DNA from: Octopus vulgaris
Lineage: Eukaryota
NCBI GenBank assembly: GCA_951406725.2
Contig: OX597831.1
Span: 7,998,001-8,062,000, forward strand
Direction: 5' to 3'
DNA: 64,000 nucleotides
This document shows, in pieces, positions 12,349-26,200 of this stretch. The position numbers and the translations under genes are program-made. The notes under the pieces were generated by a model, which was not told where the DNA came from, made no database searches, and saw nothing but the letters and a program-made list of their open reading frames with translations. The first letter of the stretch is position 1. Every line of letters starts with the position of its first letter.

Positions 12349-14397
12349 TAGATAGATATAATATACAATAAAGAAAAAGCTATAATGGTCATAGATATAG
12401 ATTATTATTAAAAATATATACATACATACATACACACATATATAAATATTAGAACTTCTATGTACAAATATATATATAGATGTTTACAGTATATAATACA
12501 AACATCTATATGTGTGTGTGTGTTTGTATATATATGCTTATGTATATATGTTTGTATATACATACACACACACATATACATTCACACATACATACATGCA
12601 TACATCGATACATACATACATGCATGCACGCATACATACATACATACATACATACATACATACATACATACATACATACATACATACATAAGGCAAGCAA
12701 GTACAGTACAAATCTAGACTTCCAAAATATAATAGGATTTATGAAAAAGAACAAAAAAAATAATAATATTCTAGGCCCAAAGTTTTCTAAGACAGAATTT
12801 TGCAAGAATAGAAAGATGTTTGATAGACAAACACAGTGAGAATTAAAGATATTTAATAAGGATTAAGTATTTTGTCTTCAAAAGACACTTTTGGCTTGAG
12901 AGTTAGAGGAAGCAAAAGTCACAGAAGAATTTATTCCTTTTAGAGAATTTATATATTTATATTTGTTTGGTCTTGAGAATATTTTGTTTTTATATTCCTG
13001 GTATGGTTGTGTGGTGAAGGAATTCACTTTGTAACCATTTGGATTGGGGTTCAATGTCACATAGTGACACCTTGGCAAAGCATCACCTATTTATGGCCCT
13101 GGGCCAACCAATACCTTTTAAGGGAATCTGGTAAATGGAAAACATGTGCAAGTCCATCATATATATAAACATACATACATACATACGTACGTATGTAGGT
13201 ACATATGTATGTATGTCGGCTGCATACGGATGGTGCTTTTTACGTGCCACCGGCATATATATATATATATACATAATGTGTGTATGTATTTCGCAAGTGC
13301 CAGTGCCATGTACAAAAGCACCCAGTGCCACTCTGTAAAATGGTTGGCATTCGGAAGGGCATCCAGCAATGGAAACCATACCAAAACAGATGAGTGGAAG
13401 TCAGTACTGTCTTTGGCCTTCCTAGCTCCTGTCAAATTGTTCAATTCATACCAGCATGGAAAATGGTGATGATGAGGCTAAATACTTCACTCTTTCTTTC
13501 TCTCTTTCCCTCTCTCTCTTCTCTCTCCCTCTCTCTCCTTCTCTCTCTCCCCCTCTCTCTCTCTTACATACAAATATATGTATGTGAGTGTGAAAATATA
13601 ATACGATATAAATATGCGGCCAGGGTAGAGAGGATGCTTTAGTCCACTGACAGACAACATTTCTTGTGTCCATGGCACAATAAATTACCTGCAGCCCAGT
13701 GTCCAAAGGCTTTCAAGATTGGAAGGACAACAAAAATATTGATAGAAAGACATTTTGGTTCAGCCATTTTAGCATCACTGATTGAATGCTGACTTATTTG
13801 ACATCACACATCTTTTCTCATGTTTCTCTCATTCTCTTCCTTTCTCTCTCTCTTCCTCTCTTTTCTCTCTTTATTTCCCTCAATCTCTCTCTCCCTCCAT
13901 CCATCTCTCTCTCTCTTTTCCTCTCTCTCCTCTCTTCCTCCTCTCTTTCCCCTTCTTTTCTACCTTTATCTTTTACTTGTTTCAGTCTGTGGCCATGCTG
14001 GGGCACCACCTTGAAGAATTTTTAGTCAAATGAATTGACCCCTAGACTCATTTTTTCTAAAGGCCTGGTGCTTATTCTATCAGTTCCTTTTGCTGACCCG
14101 CTAAGTTATGGGAACCTGAAGACACCAAGTGATGGAGGACAAAAACAGACACAAAGACACACACACATACACACACACATACATACACAACAGGCTTCTT
14201 ACAGTCTCTGTCTACCAAATCTACTTACAAGACTTTGGTCAGTCCAATGCTATAGAAGAAGGCACCCAAGGGGCCATGCAGTTGGAATGATCCTAGAACC
14301 ATGTAGTTGGGAAGCAGGCTTCTTACCCCACAGCCACACCTGCACCTATCTGCATATTTCTGCCCATGTGTGCTTGTGTGTATGTGTGGTTGCCCTC

Positions 14398-14580
14398 AGT
14401 GCCAAAAAGTACAGTCACCAAAAGCAGGTTCACTCTCCGGTCAGTCATGTCCAATCGCCACATTCCACGATAATGTTTATACCAGAAATGTGAAGGAACA
14501 ATTGAGGAATTGTGGACTCCTGGAGCCACATCATAGACAAGCAGTAATTGGGAGAGAAGAAACTTCAAGCAAGAACTGAA
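14398..14580 (+). mobile_element. possible RTE LINE C-terminal fragment
   Basis: Frameshifted readings (QKQVH; FHDNV..RNVKEQLRNCGL) resemble the RTE post-RT region. Confidence 0.35.
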
Positions 14581-15691
14581 ACTAATTAAGAGAGGATTCC
14601 TTATCTTTAGTCTTGTTGCAAGACAACCATTGTTTATATGGAGAAAAAACTGGATCCAATCCATGCAGTGGTGGCAGTTGATGTGAGGGATGATGGCCAT
14701 GAAAATCATTCAGAAAAACATAATGGCACAACCAGATAGAAATGGTTATCTCTGTTGTTTGTTGTTATGTGTGTGTGGTGGATGGCTAAGGACTGCATCG
14801 AGTGACAAGATGGTATGATAGCCATCCAATCCATACAGCATAGAAAATTGAGGATATTGAAAGAAATGATGATGATGATGATGATGGCAATGATGTCAAT
14901 GATGATCATGATGATGATAATAGGGAGGAGGAGGGAAGAAGAGGGGGGTGATATTGATGACAATGATGATGATAATGATGATGACGATGACATCAAAGTT
15001 GAGGACAATGAAAATGATGACCAAAATGATGATGATGATGATGACAAGACTACTGCTAACTGATATTGATTCTGCTGGTGATGGTGTTGTTGTTGCTAGT
15101 GGTGGTGATGGTGGCGACAGTGCAGCTATTACTGCTGCTGCTGCTGGTGGTGGTAAGGATGATAATGTGAAAAACAAACATTTATATTTCTGAATATCAG
15201 CACACATAAATATACATGTTTGTTGCTGCATGTACACACGTATGTATATGTGTGTGTGTGTGTATGTATCTGCATTTGAGCAAACAGATGTGTGTGTGTG
15301 TGTACATGCCTGTAAATACACGCACAAATGCAGTAGACTGGAATTTATATCAGACAAAGCATATACTCCACCAAAATATTAAGTAATAAGATAAAAGACT
15401 TACTTCAAAAGAAGAAATTGAAAACATAAAAAGAAAACAAACAATAGGACAATTTGACATTTATTTGGATGACTTTTCTTTCTTGATGTCCTATTATTTG
15501 GTTTTATTCAAATTGTTTTGTCTAAATTCCCTCTTTTGAACTCCATATCTCTCTCCTTATTTCATTGTTTATTTTTTTTAGCAGATCTGTTTTGTCGGAT
15601 AAATTCAAGTCTATATTATTTGAGGCATGAGAAGCACATTTGTTTTGCTCGTAAACATTCAGTGTCTACTAAGTAAATACGCCAATAAATT

Positions 15692-15730
<39 letters not shown>

Positions 15731-16360
15731 TTTATCACCAAATTTGGGCCCAAGGTCAGGGTTGGGGCTAAGTCACGTCGACCCAAGTGTTCAACTGGTA
15801 TTTATTTAGCAAGAAGAAGAACAACAACAACAACAATGATAATAATGATGAGGCATGGCTGTGTAGTTAAGAAGTTTGTTTCAGAACCCTGTGATCCCTG
15901 GTTCAGTCCCATTGAATGGCACTTTGGGTAAGTGTCTTCTACTAAAGCCCTGAGACAACCAAAGTTTTGTGAGTGGATTTGGTTGACTAAATTTTCTACA
16001 GCCACCTTCACATTCCCTGACTACCATTGGTATCGATCAGGTACCAGACAAGGATTCTGGATTATTTTTCAGGTTGTTTTTACTTAATTTTTGAGAGCAG
16101 TCGGGTTCATTCTTAGTATTCTTGTTTGCAAGAGCAGTTGAGTTTATTTCCGATATTCTCATTTTAAAAATCATCTCTGGCTAATCGTTGAGAGGATGTT
16201 GGTATTGCCTTGGTGGAGGTTTGCGCTCTCTGAGTGTTCTTGTTTTGTTTTTGTTCTGGGCATGATGTTCTTATACTTATGTGTTGAGGTAGTTCATCAT
16301 TGGGGCATATATCTTCTGTGTGTGGAGTTTGTGTGCTGCGTGTTCAGATTTCATGTTTAG

Positions 16361-16435
16361 GAAAGGGCCTATCCTGGTGGGATTACTGTCGCAGGTAGTG
16401 GCTCATCTTTGAAATATTTGAGTGCAAAATATAAG
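16361..16435 (+). CDS. candidate internal coding exon of an unidentified gene (ERAYPGGITVAGSGSSLKYLSAKYK)
   Basis: ttcatgtttag| acceptor, AAG|gtatcc donor, 75 nt, phase 0-0, open, unique sequence. Confidence 0.5.
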
Positions 16436-16570
16436 GTATCCTTGGCCTGAAGAGCAGCTTGTGATTTACCTCTTGTTTGGATAATTTACTAATTCCAAGG
16501 TTCTGCTAGCTATGATACCTATGTAGCCTGGATTCCCTAATTTTTGAACACACACACACACACACACATA

Positions 16571-17612
16571 CACAAGAGGTGCAGTGGTATCACAGGAAGG
16601 TTAACAAAGAAAGTAGTCTTTGTATGTGGCAGATGTACAGGCACATTAAACACTAGGAATATGCAAAAAATATATTCCATCAAATATCCAGGAGGCTCCT
16701 TAGAAGTAGTAGACAGTTTCCATTACTTAAGCAACCAAGATAGCAGTAGAGGAAGTAGTTCCAAAAGCATAGCTGCTAGAATGAGATGAGAACAGGTTGG
16801 GCTAAGTTCAGAGAGCTGCTACCTTTGTTAGTAATGAAGAGCCTTTCCCTCAGAGTAAAAGACAGATTTATGATGCTGTTGTATGAACAGATATGCTACA
16901 TGGCAGTGAGACATGGGCTGTGACTGCAGAGGACATGTGAAAGGTTGGAAGACAGGAAGCCAGTATTGTCTGCTGGATTGGTAATGTCAGTGTGCATGTA
17001 CAACAGAGTGTAAGTGATTTGAGAGAAAAACTGGGTACAGGAGGCATCAGATGTAAAAAAAGTGAGAGAGAAGACTCCACTAATATGGTCATGTGATGCA
17101 TTTGGATGAAGATAGTAGCATCAAGAATTGCCGATATCTAATTGTAGAGGGGATGTGTGGAAGGGGTAGACAAAGCAAGATGTATGATGAAGTGGTGAGA
17201 AAGGATCTCCTGATGTTGGACCTCACCGCAGGGATGACAAGGGACTGAGGCTTCTGCTGTGCTTGAAGAAACATGCCAAGCTGAGTAAAACTGTGACCAT
17301 CCATGCATACAGGCAGGTCCTCTACATTTCTGTCTTAGGTGAGAAATCCTAAGCACCTGTGCCAGTGCCACGTAAGAGTGCCAGTGCCACATAAGAGTGC
17401 TCATTGCCAGTGCCGCGTTTAAAGCACCCAGTACACTCTGAAGCAGGTTGGTGTTAGAAAGTGCATCTAGCCATAGAGACCATGCCAAAACAGACGAAAT
17501 GGAACCCAAGCATCTTTCCAGCTGGCCAGCTCTTGTCAAATTGTCCAACCCATGCCCACATGGAAAGCAGATATTAAATTGTGGTGATGATGATGATGAT
17601 GATGATGATCAT
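16571..17612 (+). mobile_element. RTE-clade LINE, 5'-truncated and decayed
   Basis: HKRCSGITGRL..FVCGRC, LEVVDSFHYL, MLHGSETW, YGHVMH; ends in the family 3' UTR and (GAT)n. Confidence 0.9.
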
Positions 17613-17903
17613 CATCATCATCATCATCATCATCATATATACATGGATGGTGCCACATTAAAAGCACTCAGTGGTTGGCATTTGGACATGGCTCGGGAGA
17701 AGAAAGGAAAATAGAAAGAATATGAATAAAAGTAATGATGATGAGGATGATGATGATGATGTTGATGACATCTTTTATGTACAACAGGGACATAGAAGAG
17801 GGGAATGTTTGCAATTTGGGTGGGGGTGGGGTACATAAAAAGATGTAGGGAAGAAGAAAGGAAAAAGACAATGAAATGAGATTAAAAAAAATACTTTGTG
17901 TAG

Positions 17904-18065
17904 AAAGTGTGTGATGACATGGATGATGCTGTCCATCTGATGCAGGAAAAACTCCGACTAGAGTCAATCAAGGAACCCCACAGATCCAGGATTGCCCTGA
18001 CCACTAAAGGTTCGAACTTCCACCCAATTGCTGTTCTCCAATCTACAAGTGTACGCTCAGAGTAG
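17904..18065 (+). CDS. candidate coding exon, possibly terminal (KVCDDMDDAVHLMQEKLRLESIKEPHRSRIALTTKGSNFHPIAVLQSTSVRSE*)
   Basis: tactttgtgtag| acceptor in phase 0 joins 16361-16435; charged helical protein-like composition; AATAAA near 18155; alternative donor AAAG|gttcga near 18009. Confidence 0.5.
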   Translation, partial: KVCDDMDDAVHLMQEKLRLESIKEPHRSRIALTTKGSNFHPIAVLQSTSVRSE

Positions 18066-18460
18066 CTCCATTCGCATTGGCCATTTTTGCCATAATCAAC
18101 CACCATTTGACAAATTCCCTGGGAGACAATTATTACAAAAATAATAATAATGAAAATAAACATTCCAGGATGAGAAAAATAATTTGTGAACAACCAATAA
18201 ACATCAAGGAAGCACATATTCGGAAAGGAAGAAGTGAAAATAAGAATCGAGATTGCCTTTATTCCTTTTTTTTTTTTTTTTGCTTGTTTTGTAGAAGTTG
18301 ATTGATAAAATTAGTAATCATCATCATCATCGTTGTACACTAATTTGAGATCTGCAGACTTTTAGCTCGCGATTCCACATTTCTATTTTCTGCCTTACAT
18401 CTGGATATGTTCTTTGAATGTTTCAATAACATTTTCTCTCCCCACCTCTCTCTCTTTCTT

Positions 18461-18491
<31 letters not shown>

Positions 18492-18615
18492 ATTTCTTAT
18501 ACACACACACACATAGATACAGGTATGTACTTGTATATGTATATACATTGTATATATAAATATATACTTATATTTTCCAGCACGGAAAACGGACATTCAA
18601 TGATGACAATATATA

Positions 18616-18950
<335 letters not shown>

Positions 18951-19430
18951 AACACATGCACACACACACACACACACACACAGAGGAATACCCAGTTACT
19001 AGAATATTGCATCGGTATTTGAACATATAAATAAATGTGAAAAGGGAAAAAAAAAAAAAAAGGAAAAGTAAGAAAAAATAAATAATTGCTGATTGATGTC
19101 TAGACTTCGAAAAAAAAACCAACTAAATTTTTAAATTTCTAAAATACCTTAAGGAAAAAGAAGAAAAAAAAATCCTATAAAAATAGATATAAATAACGAA
19201 GGAAATAATTAAATTGGACACAGTTTTATGTTTATGAGTTTATGCACTTGAATTAGCATCTGCGAAATGAAATTAAATGTTTTTACTGCGTTTTGAACAG
19301 AGTGAAAGATTTGTTCATATTGCTGTTTCTCTTTCTCTCCTTATGCGTAATCCAATAACAGCTAAGTGCATTTCCAACATGTCTTGTAATTTGCATAATA
19401 ATTCTGTGTGTGTGAGTGTGTGTGTGTGTG

Positions 19431-19492
<62 letters not shown>

Positions 19493-19731
19493 CTGATCTG
19501 AATTCAGAGCATTTATTGGAGAAAAATTACCATTTCTTTAATGAGGGTTGAATAAGATAAGAAATTAGACAGATTGATTTCTGTTTCTGCCTACAGAAAG
19601 AGAGAGAGAGAGAGAGAGAGATAACATGAAAGCAGTTGCTTAACTGCTTTGTTTATTTTTCATCAGGAAGCTAAAACTGGATGTTTATTTACAGGGATAC
19701 CATACATTTCGTGTATATATGCACATACATA

Positions 19732-20029
<298 letters not shown>

Positions 20030-20090
20030 TTATGTGCACACACATATACATGTACGTGTGTGTGTGTGTATAGAGAATATTATTTTTTTA

Positions 20091-20474
20091 AAGTGTATCT
20101 CTACAGATTTTTCTATAGAAACTGGAGCCAGCACTGAAAGTTATGGTGTTTCATATATGAATACATCCATGTAAACCATGCAATTGAAGATAGAAAAGTA
20201 ATGGGTGGTGCGTATGGATGTTTCAGGAGTTCTATATCTAACTCGGCTACTCTGCTATATTTTGTGACTATTTAAGCAATGTGTTTGTGGATGGTTAATA
20301 GGTCGGATGTGGTACTGAAAAAAAAAGGGCAAGAACTTCTGAAAATGCATATACACCCATTACCAGTTTTTTTCTTTCTTTGTTCACATTGTTTACAGAG
20401 ACGTATTTTTATACAAAGCATTGTAACTTTCATTGCTAACTCTAATTTCTATAGAAATTCTGTAGAAATAACTT
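20091..20474. mobile_element. MITE with ~30-bp imperfect TIRs
   Basis: Left AAGTGTATCTCTACAGATTTTTCTATAGAAA; right (reverse complement) AAGTTATTTCTACAGAATTTCTATAGAAA. Confidence 0.65.
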
Positions 20475-20879
20475 AAAAAGTAATTTAATCGCACTGCTAG
20501 CACCATCTGAATGTTGCTGATGCCAGTGCTGCCTTGACTGGCTTCCATGCCAGTGGCACGTAAAAAGCACCAACTGATCATTGCCTCCTCTGGCCCCTGT
20601 GCCAGTGGCACATAAAAAGCACCCACTACACTCTCGGAGTGGTTGGCGTTAGGAAAGGCTTCAAGCTGTAGAAACATTGCCAGATCAGATTGGAGCTTGG
20701 TGCAGCTTCCGGGCTTCCCAGACCCCGGTCTAAGCATCCAACCCATGCCAGCATGTAAAACGGACGTTAAATCATGATGATGATGTTAACACAGGAAGGA
20801 CACAGTAATGACTTGTAAGCTTTCAATATGATTGGTAGTATATTAGGGTTGCATAACAAAATGTTGTGTCCCAACCAGC

Positions 20880-21470
20880 AATTCATCTTTGGTATTATAA
20901 GGAGTTTTGTTGGTCGCTTGCTCAACTGTGTCCCACACAATAATCAAAGGGTTTACAGTCTGGAGAGTTAGATGACCAGAAATTATCTGATAGCCATGAC
21001 TGGGTTCTCCTGCTTGTGTAGCATTGTGCAGAGTCCTGTTGCTAGACATAGGGTCTTCAGCAGCCACCCTTTTGACCCAGAGCTGCACTACCTCCTCCAA
21101 GCACTTGATGTGGGTCTCCATGTTGAGTCTGAGGCCATGTGGGAAGATGAATGGAGGCATAGCATCACCCACTCCAAACACCATGATGTTGACTGGATGT
21201 TTGATTTTTATCACACTTGGTACATGTCCTCAGATGGACACACAAACACTCTGAAAGGTTTGTATTGCAGCTTCCAGTATAAATGTCAAGCAGTACAGCA
21301 TGATGTTTACAAATTTCTGGCAAAGTGAATTGTGTCATGGTGCTTTTTTTCTCACAGACGGTGCCCAACTGCCCCTACTATGCTGTGTAGTTGACAAAAT
21401 CAAAAACAAACAATGGACATGTTCAAAATAAAAAATATAAAACGGTGACAATTTACCCATCGCATCTTAT
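20880..21470 (-). mobile_element. Tc1/mariner transposase relic
   Basis: KHPVNIMVFGV..GDAMPPFIFPHGLRLN, QQDSA, NSPDC.P, VWDTVEQATNKTPYNTKDEL across frameshifts. Confidence 0.85.
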
Positions 21471-21554
21471 ATACATACATACATACATACATGCATATAT
21501 ATATATATACACATACATATATATATATACACATACATATATATGTATACAGAT

Positions 21555-23262
21555 ATCATCATCGTCGTTTAAAGTCCCCTTTCCATGCTGGCATGGGTTG
21601 GACAGTTTGACTGAGGACTGGTGAGCCATAAGGCTGCACCAGGCTCAATCTAATCTGGCAAAGTTTCTACAGCTGGATTCCCTTCCTGACGCCAACCACT
21701 CCGAGAGTGTAGTGGGTGCTTTTTACATGCTACTGACATGAGAGTCAGTCAGGCGGAACTGGCATAGACCACGCTCAAATTGTGCTTTTTATGTGCCACA
21801 GGTACAGGAGCCAGTCAGGTGGCACTGGCAACGACAATGCTCAAATGGTGTTTTTTTCATGTGTCACCAGCACAGGACCCAGTTAGGTGTCACTGGAAAT
21901 GATCACGCTCAAATGGTGCTTTTTATGTGTGTCCAGCACGGCAGCCAATTAGGAGGCAATGGCAATGATCACGCTCAAATGGTGCTTTTAACAGGCCACT
22001 GGCATGGGTGCCAATCAGGCGGTACTATCATCGGCCATGACAATGATTTCACTTGCCTCAACAGGTCTTCGCAAGTGCAGTTTATTTCCTAATGATTGAA
22101 GGGTACTTTTGAATGGCCTGGTTATGCTGCATTGCATAGGCCATGGTTACGGTCTCACTTGGTTTGTCAGGTCTTCTCAAGCACAGCATATCTCCAAAGG
22201 TCTCGGTCACCAGTCATTGCCTTGGTGAGGCCCAATGTTCGAAGGTTGTGCTTCACCACCTCATCCCAGGTCTTTCTGGGTCTATCTCTTCCACAGGTTC
22301 TAGGGTGTGACACTTTTTTACACAGCTGTCCTCATCCATTTACAACACATGACTATACTAGCACACCACATCTGATGCTTCTTAAGTCCAACTTTTCTCT
22401 CAGGGCACTTACACTCTGTTGTGTATGCACACTGACATTACACATCCAGCAGAGCATACTGGCTTCATTCCTTGCAAGCTTACACATGTCTTCAGCAGTC
22501 ACGGCCCATGTTTCATTGCCACGTAGCATGGCTGTTCACACACATGTGCCATACAGTCTACCTTTTACTCTGAGCGAGAAGCCCTTTGTCACCATGAGAA
22601 GTAGGAGCTCTCTGAACTTTGTCCTGGCTATTCTTATTCTAGCAGCTACACTTTCAGAGCATCCGCTCCATCTACTGACTTGGTCACCTAGGTAACGGAA
22701 GTTATCAACGACTTCTAGATTTTTTCCCTGGAATGTGACGGAAGTTGTTCTCTGCACACTTTCAGTGTTTATTGCTCCTGAGCATCTGCCACATACAAAA
22801 ACTATCTTCCCAGTTAGCCTTCCTTTGATATTGCTGCACCTCTTATGTGTCCATAGCTTACACTGGGTACATCTTATGGAGTTTTACTTACGCCTTTTTT
22901 ACAGATCGAGCAGGGCCAACTATCTGAAGGGATTTGTGGTTTGTTTGCCTTCCTACTTATCAAGACTGTGGTTTTTGCTAAGTTGACTCTAAGGCCCTTT
23001 GATTCTAGACCTTGCTTCCACATCTGAAACTTTTCCTCTTGTTCTGATAGTGGCTCAGCTATTAGAGCTATTAGAGCAAGGTCATCAGCATAGAGAAGCT
23101 CCCAGGGGCATCCTATTTTCAATTTCTCTGTTATTACTTGGAGGACTATGATTAATAAGAGAAGGTTAAGGACTGATCCTTGGTAGACCTCTACTCCTAC
23201 CTAGAATTCTTCACTGTACTCATTGCCAACCCTCACCTTACTGACAGCATCCCTGTACATGA
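21555..23262 (-). mobile_element. RTE-clade LINE, RT C-terminal half plus 3' UTR, decayed
   Basis: QGSVL, CPWELLYADDL, LRVNLAKT, EVVDNFRYLG, RVKGRLY; 3' UTR with ~60-bp internal repeats and (GAT)n tail. Confidence 0.92.
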
Positions 23263-23512
23263 CTTATATATATATCCATCTAACTATATATATATATATA
23301 TTGCTGGTGGCACATAAGAAGCACCCACTACACTCTTGGAGTGGTTGGCATTAGGAAGGGCATCCAGCTGTAGAAACATTGCCAGATCAGATTGGAGTCT
23401 GGTGCGGTCTCCTGGCTTGCCTGTCCCCAGTCAAACCATCCAACCCATGCTAGCATTGAAAAGGACGTTAAACGATGATTATGATGATATGCACTTTCAT
23501 ATAGTTGAGCTA

Positions 23513-23694
23513 TATATTCTTGCTTATGGCATATAAACTGTTAGAAAGTCACCATTATTTTCACATCTGGTGTTGTATTTGGCAACTTAGATGACTCATC
23601 ATGTCTGATGAGTCAGCTACATTGCCAAATGCAAGAGCAGACGTGAAACCGATGCTTACTTTCTGACCTGTTATTTGCCATAACCAAGAATATA
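23513..23694. repeat. long imperfect palindrome (fold-back element)
   Basis: ~90-bp arms centred on TGACTCATCA-tgtc-TGATGAGTCA. Confidence 0.85.
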
Positions 23695-23811
23695 CAAGAA
23701 TACTCTGCTCAAATCCATAAATGTATAACTGCTCAAAATTTCTTTTAGCATCTGGTCTTTTTCTAACTTATGTAGAATTGACCAATATATGTGTGTGTGT
23801 GTGTGTGTATG

Positions 23812-23857
<46 letters not shown>

Positions 23858-24235
23858 CACCATCATCATCATCATTTAATACTCACTTGTCCATACTTGC
23901 TTGGATCAAATGGAATTCACTGAGGCAGATATTTTTCATTCCGATGCCCTTCCTGTCGCCAAACTTTCAGCTGTTTCCAAGCAAAGTAATATTTTCCTAT
24001 GGCCAGACATGTTTTTCACAGGAGACTGGAAGCAAACAATTCTGAATGCCAGTGATACACACACACACACACCGGGCTTCTTTCTCTTTCCGTTTACCAA
24101 ATCCACTCACAAGGCTTTGATCAGCCTCAAGCTCTAGTAAAAGTCACTTGCCCTAGGTGCCACACAGTACCACTGAACCCCGAACCATGTGGTTGGGAAG
24201 CAAACTTGTTACCACACAGCCTCTCCTGCAATATA

Positions 24236-24283
<48 letters not shown>

Positions 24284-24305
24284 CACTACTACTACTACAA
24301 CTACT

Positions 24306-24619
24306 ACTAGCCAGACTCATCTCAGACAAAGTATAGATATATATTTTTAATAATTATGTTATGCATATATATTATTAATAATTGTGGGAAGTTGTGAAAA
24401 AACAAAAGTAAATAATTAGATAAATAATAAATATAAAATAACATAATGTAAATAAATAAGTGTTTTAAAATAAAGAAATAGTTAATATAAAGTGAAATTT
24501 TAAAAATTAATGAAGTGAAATAAAATAAAATAAATAAAGAAAATGAAAAACAAAATAAAAATGTAAATGAAACAATGATGATGACAATAATAATAACAAT
24601 AATGATAATAATAATGATG

Positions 24620-24656
<37 letters not shown>

Positions 24657-25000
24657 GCACAACAACAACAACCTGTTAAACAGATGTGAAAGAGAAACCA
24701 AAGCAGTAGGGAAAATAAAAGATAATTTGTCTCTGAATAATTAATATTACATTAAAGGAATTTATCCCAATAAGTTGTTGATGTAGTAAAAATACAATTA
24801 TTAATTATTCATATTTGTAAAGAAAAAGAAAAACAAGCAAAAATAAAAACACTTTTAAGTCCCACCCACTGCCAAAAAAATATTTCTTTTTTGAACTACA
24901 GAAAATAACTCTTAAAATAACATTAATTATCCTTTTGAGTCAGATTTTCATCCTGTAGGGGTGAAGCTGGAGAATGGAATAAGCAGCAGTCACCAATGTA
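24306..25000 (+). repeat. local duplication, copy 1 (copy 2 at 26815-27618)
   Basis: Both copies run from TAGCCAGACTCATCTCAGAC to GCAGCAGTCACCAATGTA; the distal ~340 bp is near-identical. Confidence 0.9.
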
Positions 25001-25149
25001 TTTCCATTTATTTTCATTCTATTATACAGATTCATCTATTTGGTGTGATGTTTCTATTGGTTTTTTCTCAAACTTTCACTCCAAAGGATCATGGATGAAC
25101 TGTCTTCTCCACTCTTCATAATTTATCTCATCCCGGTATTTCAGCAACA

Positions 25150-26200
25150 GTGACATTAATTTTGTAATTGCGCTGGCTGTTGTACACCATGCCAGAAAGC
25201 CAAAGTTCAACATCATATCAGAACACCTTCAGGCACTTTTGCTATTCCTGATGATTGCTTCAAGCACATCCACATAGATATTGTGGGTCCATTATCACCA
25301 GCTCAAGATAAAATTCATATTTTGACCCACATAGAGCATCTTTCAAGGAATCCCTGAAGCTATGTCAGTTAAAGACATCTCATTTCTCATTGTTGCAAAG
25401 GCCCTATTGGCCGAGCGGATTTCATGATTTGGAACTCTTTTGACCATAATGACTAACAGAGGTCGTCAGTTTGAATCTAGTCTTTTGTCCAATCATTCTA
25501 ACCTCCCAGGCACCTGGTGAATCCACACAATGGCTTATTGCCCAACAGGATAATAGGGTTTATTCATTGCCAAATAATAGCAGCTCTTTGTGCTTATTCC
25601 GATTCAGATCGTTGGTGGAAAGTTTTACCCGTTGATTTATTAGGTCTTCGTTCCACTGTTAGGGATATTCACAAGCAGAATTACTTTATGATTCCCCTCT
25701 TATTCTATCTGGTCAAATGGTTTTTACTACAGCTCCAGCTATTCAACATTCTGACCAGCACATTACATCCACCGATTGCTTAGACAGATAACAGAATTAC
25801 CTCTGTTGGCAACGAGACCACAATTGATCAACACTGTTGTTCCACCAGATATTCATGCATGGACACATGTATTCATACATAATGATGCATTTAGACATCC
25901 ATTACAGACACCATTTACAGACTCATATCATGTATTGAAAGCAAAGCCCAAGTGCATGGTGTTGAGTGTTCAAGGGAAACATCAGACAGCATCGATCGAT
26001 TAAAGCAGGCTTTTATCGATTCGTCTCCTTGTCAGCAACACCCGACTCTTTTTCTTCCACATCCACACCTCTTATGCATACACATGACACACCATCCATT
26101 ACCAATGCACCTGTCAATATGCCTTCTTCTCACAGAATTAGCCAAAGCAGCAGAATGATTCATTGGCCAACAAAATATGTTCATACTTATTATTTGTAGT
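25150..26200 (+). mobile_element. Ty3/Gypsy integrase remnant
   Basis: CTPCQKAKVQHH, FKHIHIDIVGPL, TNRGRQFES, WWKVLPVDLLGLRS, PLQTPFTDSYHVL, SIDRLKQAF, with stops and frameshifts. Confidence 0.88.

Noticed and set aside
17882-18217. Minus-strand 111-aa ORF with a plausible acceptor
   Set aside because: More likely the antisense shadow of the + exon that splices in phase with 16361-16435; not fully excluded
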